In this document: one piece after another, positions 21,885 to 30,504 of the stretch
Layout: each line of letters begins with the position of its first letter
Position numbering within the stretch: the first letter of the stretch is position 1
Source of the DNA: Mycobacterium tuberculosis H37Rv
GTDB taxonomy: Bacteria; Actinomycetota; Actinomycetes; Mycobacteriales; Mycobacteriaceae
Direction of reading: 5' to 3'
Assembly (NCBI RefSeq): GCF_000195955.2
Contig: NC_000962.3
Location: 660,001 to 692,000, forward strand
Length of the DNA: 32,000 nt
Made by a program: the position numbers and the translations under genes
Notes under the pieces: model-generated
Database searches by the model: none
The model's input: only the letters and a program-made list of their open reading frames with translations
What the model was told of the DNA's origin: nothing

Positions 21885-24272
21885 TTAGATCATTTCGTGT
21901 CTGGTCAGCCAGTGCATCACCTGCCAGCCGGCGAATACCGGTAGCCAACAGGTCAATAGTCGATACAGCAGCACCGACGGCACACCCAATGCTGCAGGTA
22001 CACCGAAGGCGGCGAGCCCACCGATCAGCGCCGCCTCCACCGCGCCAACCCCGCCCGGGGTGGGGGCGGCCGAGGCGAGGGTGCCGCCGACCATCGTCAC
22101 CACGGTCACCGTGACGAACGTCGTTCCGCCGCCAAAGGCTTCGATACTGGCCCACAGTGCCAACGCAGCTCCGAGCGTCGTTCCGGCACAACCGAGTACG
22201 ATCAACGCCAGTCGCTTCGGCTCCCGGGCCAACGCAATGAGGTCATTCGTTACCTCCCTGAGCTTCGGCCGCACCGCCGTCGCTAGCCAGCGTCGCAGCT
22301 TCGGCACGAAGAGGAATGTCCCGACAATGCCTAGGGCCACACCGGCAATGAGGTAGAGCACCGTGGCATTCGGGACGAAATGAGATAGGTCGGTCGAGGT
22401 GCCGGCCAGGGCGCTGAACAGGATCAGCAGCACGAGGTGGACGATCACCTGTACCGACTGCTGCAGTGCCACCGCCGCGGTGGCCCGCACTGCGGTCAGC
22501 CCTCCCTTCTGCAAGAACCGGGTACTCAACGCTAGCCCGCCGACGCCGGCCGGGGTAGTCGTTGCAGCAAAAGTGTTGGCTACCTGCATGATTGACAGCT
22601 TCCAGAAGCCCACCAGCCCATCAGCGCAGGCCCACAACGCCGCTGCCGCACCGACATACGTCAGCGCCGACACCGCTAGGCCCAGTAGCGCCCACCACCA
22701 GTTCGCGGTTCGCAGCTGGGAAAAGAACGTGGGCACGGTACTGATGAAAGGGTAAGCGACATAGACCAGAGCACCGATTAACACCAGTTGAATGAGCTGG
22801 CCGCGGCTGAACCGGGTGATCGTTTCGGCTTTGATCTGATCCGCGCCCGTTTGCCGCATCACCTCGGCGCGTGTGCTGGCGATGACCGCATTTGGGTCGG
22901 TTATCGACTCTCGGATTCGTTTTGGCACAGCGGATTTGGTAAGTCTTCGCGATGCCGCCAGGATGGCTTGCTTGCCGAACGTGTCAATGGCTGCGGTCAC
23001 GGCGGCCTCGGCGTCATACAGCGCCGACGTCGTCACCAAGAGTTGGGCCAGGTCGGATTGGAGTTGGGCGTCGGTGGCGCCGTACTCGGCCTCACCGAAC
23101 CCGCCGAACAGCACCGCGCCGTTGTCGACGGTGATCTCGGCACTACACAGGTCCCCGTGGGAGATCTGCTGGTCGTGCAGGGTCCGTAGCGCCTCCCAGA
23201 CATGGGCAGTCGGCGTGGTTTTGGTGCATTCGCTGATGCCGATTCCGCGAGCGGGCCGGTGTGCATACAACGTCCATCCCCGGTCGAGCGGGGACACCGC
23301 GATCACCGTCGTGTTGGCCATGCCTAGATCGCCGAAGGCAATGGCCATCAGCGCGCGATGCTCGACCGCACGGCGCATGGAGGCTTGCAGGGGTGCGGTC
23401 TCGGTGCCGCGCAACGTCAGCTTCAGCCAGAGTTGGCGCAGCGCGCCGCCGCCACTTTGGTGCGGGCCGTACAACTCGATCAATGCCTCGCTGCACGCCC
23501 CGGCGTTGGGCTGCTCGCAAGCGGCCGACAGTACCAGTGGCCCGGGCCCGGCCGGCCGCACAACCGCGAGCCCGGACACCGCGAATCCGCGTTTTGCCAA
23601 CGCGCGAATGGCACCATCCAGTGGCACTTCAAGCGCTGGTGTGCCGACGACCAGGACCACCAACGCGCCGACCAACCACCCCACCGCCAGCCCCAACAAT
23701 GAGCGGGCCGGCACAATCGCGCTGACAACCAGATGGATCGGCACGAATGCCAACAGCAGCGCCCACCACCAGTGCCGCCAGCGCGCGGGCAGCCAGGGAC
23801 CCGACACGGTGAGCACCGCCGCGAGCATCGCGATCCATCGCGGGTCATCGAGAAACTGGGCCAGCAATGTGGCGAGCCGGTCGGAAAGGTCAAAGTGCCA
23901 TCGGGGTGCCGCGATGCGGCTACTGCTGATCGACAACGGGAGAACGGCCATAAGTCCGGCGGCCGCATACGCGCCCAGCAGCTTCCACTGCCGGGAAACG
24001 ATCAGGCCAATCAGGATCACGAACGGCAACGCCAAAATCGCCAGGCCGTACCCCAGGTACACCAGATCGGATTGCGACGGGGACAGCACCCCGACGATCT
24101 CCGAGATGGATTTCTCCAGCGCCACCCACTGCGGGCGGGTGATCAGCGAACTCGTGATCACCGCCACGAGGTAGATCGCCGCCAGCACCGCCCGGATGAT
24201 GTCGTTGGTGCGCCGGGTCAGTGGTTGCAGCAAGTTACCGGAAACGCCGATGTCGCGTCCGTCAACTCGCAT
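21885..24272 (-). CDS. Membrane protein with degenerate kinase-like domain and LPG-synthase-TM (UPF0104) C-terminal domain (795 aa), Rv0585c-like
   Basis: Multiple TM segments; kinase-like SHGDLCSAEITVDNGAVLFGGFGEAEYG; C-terminal AAPTPGGVGAVEAALIGGLAAFGVPAALGVPSVLLYRLLTCWLPVFAG. Confidence 0.85.
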   Translation of the reverse strand: MRVDGRDIGVSGNLLQPLTRRTNDIIRAVLAAIYLVAVITSSLITRPQWVALEKSISEIVGVLSPSQSDLVYLGYGLAILALPFVILIGLIVSRQWKLLGAYAAAGLMAVLPLSISSSRIAAPRWHFDLSDRLATLLAQFLDDPRWIAMLAAVLTVSGPWLPARWRHWWWALLLAFVPIHLVVSAIVPARSLLGLAVGWLVGALVVLVVGTPALEVPLDGAIRALAKRGFAVSGLAVVRPAGPGPLVLSAACEQPNAGACSEALIELYGPHQSGGGALRQLWLKLTLRGTETAPLQASMRRAVEHRALMAIAFGDLGMANTTVIAVSPLDRGWTLYAHRPARGIGISECTKTTPTAHVWEALRTLHDQQISHGDLCSAEITVDNGAVLFGGFGEAEYGATDAQLQSDLAQLLVTTSALYDAEAAVTAAIDTFGKQAILAASRRLTKSAVPKRIRESITDPNAVIASTRAEVMRQTGADQIKAETITRFSRGQLIQLVLIGALVYVAYPFISTVPTFFSQLRTANWWWALLGLAVSALTYVGAAAALWACADGLVGFWKLSIMQVANTFAATTTPAGVGGLALSTRFLQKGGLTAVRATAAVALQQSVQVIVHLVLLILFSALAGTSTDLSHFVPNATVLYLIAGVALGIVGTFLFVPKLRRWLATAVRPKLREVTNDLIALAREPKRLALIVLGCAGTTLGAALALWASIEAFGGGTTFVTVTVVTMVGGTLASAAPTPGGVGAVEAALIGGLAAFGVPAALGVPSVLLYRLLTCWLPVFAGWQVMHWLTRHEMI

Positions 24273-24363
24273 GTTCTAACGATCTTCCGAATCAGGGCCC
24301 GCGGTGTCTGGTGCCGTTTCGCGGCTCCGCGGACAACTTAGCCCGATAACTGCGTGGGGTGTC

Positions 24364-24372
24364 GGTCTGACC
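24364..24372. promoter_or_regulatory. Candidate FadR/GntR-type operator core upstream of mce2R
   Basis: GGTC-T-GACC perfect palindrome about 38 bp upstream of the regulator's ATG. Confidence 0.5.
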
Positions 24373-24409
24373 ACTTGACGTCTTACCAATCTTCATTCAC
24401 ACTGGGCGC

Positions 24410-25132
24410 ATGGCGCTGCAGCCGGTGACTCGCCGATCGGTGCCCGAAGAGGTCTTCGAGCAGATCGCTACCGATGTGCTCACCGGCGAGATGCCGCCCG
24501 GCGAGGCGTTGCCCAGCGAGCGTCGGTTGGCTGAGTTGCTCGGAGTGTCGCGACCCGCGGTCCGCGAGGCGCTCAAACGGCTGTCGGCCGCAGGTCTGGT
24601 CGAGGTGCGTCAGGGCGACGTCACCACCGTGCGTGACTTCCGGCGGCACGCCGGCCTGGATCTGTTGCCCCGATTGTTGTTTCGCAACGGTGAGCTGGAT
24701 ATCTCCGTCGTCCGCAGCATCCTCGAGGCCCGGCTGCGCAATTTTCCGAAGGTCGCGGAACTAGCGGCCGAACGGAACGAGCCCGAGTTGGCGGAATTGC
24801 TGCAGGATTCGCTGCGTGCGCTGGACACTGAGGAAGATCCGATCGTGTGGCAACGCCACACGCTCGACTTTTGGGATCATGTGGTCGACAGCGCCGGTTC
24901 GATCGTAGATCGATTGATGTACAACGCATTTCGTGCTGCTTACGAGCCGACGCTAGCTGCTCTGACCACCACGATGACCGCTGCGGCTAAGCGTCCGTCG
25001 GACTACCGGAAACTCGCGGATGCGATCTGCTCAGGTGATCCCACCGGAGCGAAGAAAGCCGCCCAAGACCTACTCGAACTTGCGAACACATCGTTGATGG
25101 CCGTACTCGTTAGCCAGGCGAGTCGGCAATGA
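24410..25132 (+). CDS. mce2R: GntR/FadR-family repressor (240 aa), Mce2R
   Basis: [66 protein letters not shown] (wHTH) plus an FCD-like helical C-terminus; immediately precedes yrbE2A. Confidence 0.93.
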
Positions 25133-25926
25133 CCACCCACGCCGTGATCATCACCTATCTCCGCGACCAGACGCAGCCCGCCGTCGATGCGATCGGCGGG
25201 TTCTACCGGACATGCGTACTGACTGGCAAGGCGCTGGTTCGGCGGCCCTTCCATTGGCGTGAGGCGATCGAGCAGGGCTGGTTCATTACCAGCGTCTCGT
25301 TGCTGCCAACCCTGGCGGTGTCGATTCCGTTGACCGTGTTGATCATCTTCACGCTCAATATCCTGCTGGCCGAGTTCGGCGCCGCCGACATCTCCGGCGC
25401 CGGCGCGGCGCTAGGCGCGGTCACCCAGCTGGGCCCGCTGACCACCGTGTTGGTGATTGCCGGCGCTGGAGCCACAGCGATCTGCGCCGACCTGGGTGCC
25501 CGCACCATCCGGGAAGAGATCGATGCGATGGAGGTGCTGGGCATCGACCCCATCCACCGGCTGGTGGTGCCTCGGGTCGTTGCCGCGACCATCGTCGCCG
25601 CACTGCTTAACGGCGCGGTGATAACCATTGGCCTGGTTGGTGGTTTCGTCTTCAGTGTCTTCATCCAACACGTCTCGGCCGGCGCCTACGTGGGCACGCT
25701 CACCTTGGTCACCGGTCTACCCGAGGTGATCATCTCGGTGGTCAAGTCGGCGACGTTCGGCCTGATCGCTGGCCTAGTCGGCTGTTACCGCGGGCTGACC
25801 ACGAAAGGCGGCCCCAAGGGAGTTGGAACCGCCGTCAACGAAACCCTGGTGCTGTGCGTGATCGCGCTGTTCGCGACCAATGTGGTGTTGACCACGATCG
25901 GCGTGCGGTTCGGGACGGGACACTAG
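25129..25926 (+). CDS. yrbE2A: YrbE/MlaE-type permease (265 aa)
   Basis: ATGA overlap with mce2R; [33 protein letters not shown] (MlaE EExDAxxxxGxxP signature). Confidence 0.94.
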
Positions 25927-25927
25927 C

Positions 25928-26815
25928 ATGGTGGAGTCTTCAACGGCATCAGCGGCAGCCGTATTGCGGGCCCGCTACCCACGCACAGCCGCCAGCCTTG
26001 ACCGCTACGGCGGCGGCACGGCCCGAAGACTTGAGCGGACAGGGACTTTCGCGAGATTCACCCGGATCAGCGTCGTGCAGATCGGCTGGGCACTGCGTCG
26101 CTATCGCCGGGAGACGCTGCGCCTGGTCGCCGAGATCGGGATGGGCACCGGCGCGATGGCCGTCGTCGGCGGCACGGTCGCGATCATCGGTTTTGTGACG
26201 CTGTCCGGCGGCTCGCTGATCGCCATCCAGGGCTTCGCGTCGCTGGGCAACATCGGTGTCGAGGCGTTTACCGGATTCTTTGCCGCACTGGCCAACACAC
26301 GCGTCGCTGCGCCCATTGTCTCCGGTGTCGCGCTGGCCGCGACGGTGGGCGCCGGCGCCACCGCACAGTTAGGTGCCATGCGGATCAGTGAGGAGATCGA
26401 CGCGCTGGAAGTGATGGGCATCAAGTCGATTTCGTTTCTGGTCTCCACTCGGATTCTAGGAGGGCTGGTGGTGATCATGCCGCTGTACGCGCTCGCTCTC
26501 GACATGGCTTTCACCTCTGGTCAGGTGGTCACAACCGTGTTCTACGGCCAGTCCAACGGCACCTATGAGCACTACTTCCGCACCTTCCTGCGCCCAGAGG
26601 ATGTGGGTTGGTCGGTCGTGGAGGTGGTGATCATCGCGGTGGTGGTGATGATCACCCATTGCTACTACGGGTACACCGCCAGCGGTGGCCCGGTTGGGGT
26701 CGGCCAGGCGGTTGGTCGATCGATGCGTTTCTCGCTGGTCTCGGTGGTGGTCGTTGTCCTGCTGGCCGAGTTGGCGCTCTACGGCGTCGACCCGAACTTC
26801 AATCTCACGGTGTAG
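25928..26815 (+). CDS. yrbE2B: YrbE/MlaE-type permease (295 aa)
   Basis: TAQLGAMRISEEIDALEVMGIKSISFLVSTRILGG. Confidence 0.94.
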   Translation: MVESSTASAAAVLRARYPRTAASLDRYGGGTARRLERTGTFARFTRISVVQIGWALRRYRRETLRLVAEIGMGTGAMAVVGGTVAIIGFVTLSGGSLIAIQGFASLGNIGVEAFTGFFAALANTRVAAPIVSGVALAATVGAGATAQLGAMRISEEIDALEVMGIKSISFLVSTRILGGLVVIMPLYALALDMAFTSGQVVTTVFYGQSNGTYEHYFRTFLRPEDVGWSVVEVVIIAVVVMITHCYYGYTASGGPVGVGQAVGRSMRFSLVSVVVVVLLAELALYGVDPNFNLTV

Positions 26816-26820
26816 CCGCG

Positions 26821-28035
26821 GTGCCAACGCTGGTGACGAGGAAGAACCGACGTGCGTGGCTGTATGTGGAGGGTGTTGTCCTGCTGTTGGTGGGCGCGTT
26901 GGTGCTCGTATTGGTGTACAAGCAGTTTCGTGGGGAATTCACGCCGAAGACCGAGCTGACTATGGTCGCCTTCCGGGCTGGGCTGGTTATGGAAGCTGGA
27001 TCCAAAGTCACCTACAACGGGGTGGAGATCGGCCGGGTGGGCAGCATTTCGGAGATTGAGCGTGACGGCCGGCCGGCGGCGAAGCTGGTTTTGGACGTGA
27101 ATCCTCGCTACATCAGCCTGATTCCGGTCAATGTGGTGGCCGATATCGAGGCGGCCACCCTGTTCGGCAACAAGTATGTTGCGCTGTCCGCGCCGAAAAT
27201 TCCTCAACAGCAGCGGATTTCCTCACATGACGTGATTGATGTGGGGTCGGTGACCACCGAATTCAACACGTTGTTCGAGACGATCACCTCGATCGCCGAG
27301 AAGGTGGATCCGATCGAGCTGAACGCGACGCTGTCCGCGGTAGCACAGGCGCTGGATGGGCTGGGCGGCAAGTTCGGTGAGTCGATCGTTAATGGCAATC
27401 AGATTCTGGCGCAATTAAATCCGCGGCTGCCGCAGCTCGGCTATGATGTTCGGCGGTTGGCGGATCTCGGTGAGGTCTATGTCGATGCTTCGCCGGATCT
27501 GTGGTCCTTTCTGCAGAACGCACTGACCACTGCGCGCACATTGACCAGCCAACAGCGCGATCTGGATGCCGCGTTGTTGGCGGCTACGGGTGCGGGCAAC
27601 ACCGGTGAAGACGTTTTTGCTCGAGGCGGGCCGTATCTTGCGCGCGCAGCCGCCGATCTGGTGCCCACCGCTACGCTGCTGGACACCTACAGTCCCGAAC
27701 TGTTCTGCATGATCCGCAACTTTCACGACGCTGCGCCCAAAGTCGCGGACGCGGTGGGCGGCAACGGCTATTCGCTAGCGGCCGCCGGAACGATTTTGGG
27801 AGCACCCAATCCCTATGTCTATCCGGACAATCTGCCGCGGGTGAATGCCCACGGTGGACCCGGGGGCCGACCGGGCTGCTGGCAGACGATCACCCGGGAG
27901 CTGTGGCCGGCACCCTATCTGGTGATGGACACCGGTGCCAGCCTCGCACCGTACAACCACGTCGAGCTCGGCCAACCGATGTTCACTGAATACGTATGGG
28001 GACGCCAATACGGAGAGAACACGATCAACCCATGA
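26821..28035 (+). CDS. mce2A: Mce-family protein (404 aa), Mce2A
   Basis: GTG start 5 nt after the yrbE2B stop; FRGEFTPKTELTMVAFRAGLVMEAGSKVTYNGVEIGRVGSI (MlaD/MCE domain). Confidence 0.93.
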   Translation: MPTLVTRKNRRAWLYVEGVVLLLVGALVLVLVYKQFRGEFTPKTELTMVAFRAGLVMEAGSKVTYNGVEIGRVGSISEIERDGRPAAKLVLDVNPRYISLIPVNVVADIEAATLFGNKYVALSAPKIPQQQRISSHDVIDVGSVTTEFNTLFETITSIAEKVDPIELNATLSAVAQALDGLGGKFGESIVNGNQILAQLNPRLPQLGYDVRRLADLGEVYVDASPDLWSFLQNALTTARTLTSQQRDLDAALLAATGAGNTGEDVFARGGPYLARAAADLVPTATLLDTYSPELFCMIRNFHDAAPKVADAVGGNGYSLAAAGTILGAPNPYVYPDNLPRVNAHGGPGGRPGCWQTITRELWPAPYLVMDTGASLAPYNHVELGQPMFTEYVWGRQYGENTINP

Positions 28036-28859
28036 AAACCACAGGCACAACTATCAAACTCGGCATCGTCTGGTTGGTGCTGTCGGTGTTCACCGTGATG
28101 ATCATCGTGGTGTTCGGGCAGGTGCGGTTCCATCACACCACCGGGTACTCCGCGGTGTTCACCCATGTCAGCGGGCTGCGGGCCGGGCAATTTGTCCGCG
28201 CTGCGGGCGTAGAGGTCGGCAAGGTCGCCAAGGTAACGCTGATCGACGGGGACAAGCAAGTATTGGTGGACTTCACCGTGGATCGCTCGCTGTCACTGGA
28301 TCAGGCGACGACCGCCTCGATCCGCTACCTCAACCTGATCGGCGACCGGTACCTTGAGCTCGGCCGCGGTCACAGCGGTCAGCGGCTGGCGCCGGGTGCC
28401 ACGATCCCGCTCGAGCACACCCATCCGGCCTTGGATCTCGACGCTCTGCTCGGCGGGTTTCGCCCACTCTTCCAAACGTTGGACCCAGACAAGGTCAACA
28501 GCATCGCCTCCTCGATCATCACCGTGTTCCAAGGGCAAGGCGCCACCATCAACGACATCCTCGACCAGACCGCCTCGCTGACGGCAACGCTGGCCGACCG
28601 GGACCATGCGATAGGTGAGGTCGTCAACAACTTGAACACCGTGCTGGCCACCACCGTCAAGCATCAAACGGAATTCGACCGCACGGTCGACAAGCTAGAG
28701 GTGCTGATCACTGGACTGAAGAACAGGGCGGACCCGCTGGCCGCGGCGGCGGCACACATCAGCAGCGCCGCGGGAACCCTAGCCGACCTGCTGGGGCGGA
28801 TCGTCCATTGCTGCACAGCAGCTTCGGGCACCTCGAGGGCATCCAGCAGCCGCTCATAG
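28032..28859 (+). CDS. mce2B: Mce2B, N-terminal 275-aa product truncated by frameshift
   Basis: MKTTGTTIKLGIVWLVLSVFTVMIIVVFGQVRFHHTTGYSAVFTHVSGLRAGQFVRAAGVEVGKVAKVTLIDGDKQ; ends in a non-homologous-looking tail IVHCCTAASGTSRASSSRS. Confidence 0.9.
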   Translation: MKTTGTTIKLGIVWLVLSVFTVMIIVVFGQVRFHHTTGYSAVFTHVSGLRAGQFVRAAGVEVGKVAKVTLIDGDKQVLVDFTVDRSLSLDQATTASIRYLNLIGDRYLELGRGHSGQRLAPGATIPLEHTHPALDLDALLGGFRPLFQTLDPDKVNSIASSIITVFQGQGATINDILDQTASLTATLADRDHAIGEVVNNLNTVLATTVKHQTEFDRTVDKLEVLITGLKNRADPLAAAAAHISSAAGTLADLLGRIVHCCTAASGTSRASSSRS

Positions 28860-29062
28860 ACGAGCTGGCAGAACTCGACCACGTGTTGGGCAAGCTGCCG
28901 GACGCCTACCGGATCATCGGCCGCGCCGGCGGCATATACGGTGACTTCTTCAACTTCTATCTGTGTGACATCTCACTGAAAGTCAACGGATTACAGCCTG
29001 GAGGTCCGGTACGCACCGTCAAGTTGTTCGGCCAGCCGACCGGCAGGTGCACACCGCAATGA
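28808..29062 (+). pseudogene. C-terminal remnant of mce2B in the +1-shifted frame (Rv0590A-like, 84 aa)
   Basis: LHSSFGHLEGIQQPLIDELAELDHVLGKLPDAYRIIGRAGGIYGDFFNFYLCDISLKVNG continues the Mce2B fold; ATGA overlap with mce2C. Confidence 0.85.
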
Positions 29063-30504
29063 GAACGCTGACCGAGTTCAACCGCGGCCGTGTCGGGATG
29101 ATGGGTGCGGTGGTCACGGTGCTCGTCGTTGGTGTTGCGCAAAGCTTCACCAGCGTGCCGATGCTGTTCGCCACACCTACCTACTATGCGCAATTCGCCG
29201 ACACGGGTGGCATCAACACGGGCGATAAGGTGGAAATCGCTGGGGTGAACGTCGGGCTGGTGCGCTCGCTGGCAATCCGCGGCAACCGCGTGTTGATCGG
29301 ATTCTCGTTGCCCGGCAAGACAATCGGGATGCAAAGCCGGGCAGCAATTCGCACCGACACCATTCTTGGCCGTAAGAACCTGGAGATCGAACCCCGCGGT
29401 TCGGAGCCGTTGAAACCCAACGGTTTCCTGCCGTTGGCGCAGACCACTACGCCATACCAAATCTATGACGCGTTCGTCGATGTCACGAAGGCGGCGACGG
29501 GCTGGGACATCGATGCCGTCAAACGCTCGCTAAACGTGTTGTCGGAGACATTCGATCAGACCGCCCCGCATCTAAGTGCCGCCCTCGAGGGTGTCAAGGC
29601 ATTCTCCGACACCGTCGGCCGGCGCGGCGAGCAGATCGAGCAACTGCTGGCGAACGCCAACAGGATCGCGCGCGTGCTCGGCGACCGCAGCGAGCAGGTC
29701 AACGGGCTGCTGGTGAATGCCAAGACGCTGCTGGCCGCGTTCAAGCAACGCAGCCAGGCACTGCGCATTCTGCTAACCAACGTGTCGGAGGCATCAGCCC
29801 AGGTATCTGGCCTGATCACAGACAACCCCAACCTCAACCATGTGCTGGCCCAGTTGCGCACGGTCAGCGAGGAGCTGGTGAAGCGCAAGAACGAATTGGC
29901 CGATGTAGCCGTCTTGCTCGGCAGATACACCGCGGCCCTGACAGAGGCCGTCGGTTCCGGACCGTTCTTCAAGGCGATGGTGGTCAATCTGCTGCCCTAC
30001 CAGATTCTTCAGCCCTGGGTTGACGCGGCGTTCAAAAAGCGGGGCATCGACCCGGAGAACTTCTGGCGCAGTGCGGGTCTGCCGGAATTCCGCTGGCCCG
30101 ACCCCAACGGCACCCGGTTCCCCAACGGCGCGCCGCCGGCGGCGCCACCGGTGCGGGAGGGTACACCCAAGCATCCGGGACCGGCCGTCCCGCCGGGAAC
30201 GCCGTGCTCCTACACACCGGCGGCGGGCGCGTTGCCACGGCCCGACACCCCACTACCCTGCGCGGGCGCCACCGTTGGCCCGTTCGGTGGACCCGACTTC
30301 CCGGCACCGCTCGATGTCCAGCCGTCGCCGCCTAATCCCGATGGGCCGCCGCCGACGCCGGGCATCCTAAGTGCTGGGCGGCCGGGCGAGCCGGCTCCGG
30401 CTGTTCCGGGCATACCGATGCCGCTGCCGCCGAACGCGCCGCCGGGTGCACGCACCCAACCGCTTGAGCCGTTTCCTGACGGGACGGGAGGTAGCAACCA
30501 ATGA
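29059..30504 (+). CDS. mce2C: Mce-family protein (481 aa), Mce2C
   Basis: MRTLTEFNRGRVGMMGAVVTVLVVGVAQ...YYAQFADTGGINTGDKVEIAGVNVGLVRSL; Pro-rich C-terminal tail. Confidence 0.93.
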   Translation: MRTLTEFNRGRVGMMGAVVTVLVVGVAQSFTSVPMLFATPTYYAQFADTGGINTGDKVEIAGVNVGLVRSLAIRGNRVLIGFSLPGKTIGMQSRAAIRTDTILGRKNLEIEPRGSEPLKPNGFLPLAQTTTPYQIYDAFVDVTKAATGWDIDAVKRSLNVLSETFDQTAPHLSAALEGVKAFSDTVGRRGEQIEQLLANANRIARVLGDRSEQVNGLLVNAKTLLAAFKQRSQALRILLTNVSEASAQVSGLITDNPNLNHVLAQLRTVSEELVKRKNELADVAVLLGRYTAALTEAVGSGPFFKAMVVNLLPYQILQPWVDAAFKKRGIDPENFWRSAGLPEFRWPDPNGTRFPNGAPPAAPPVREGTPKHPGPAVPPGTPCSYTPAAGALPRPDTPLPCAGATVGPFGGPDFPAPLDVQPSPPNPDGPPPTPGILSAGRPGEPAPAVPGIPMPLPPNAPPGARTQPLEPFPDGTGGSNQ

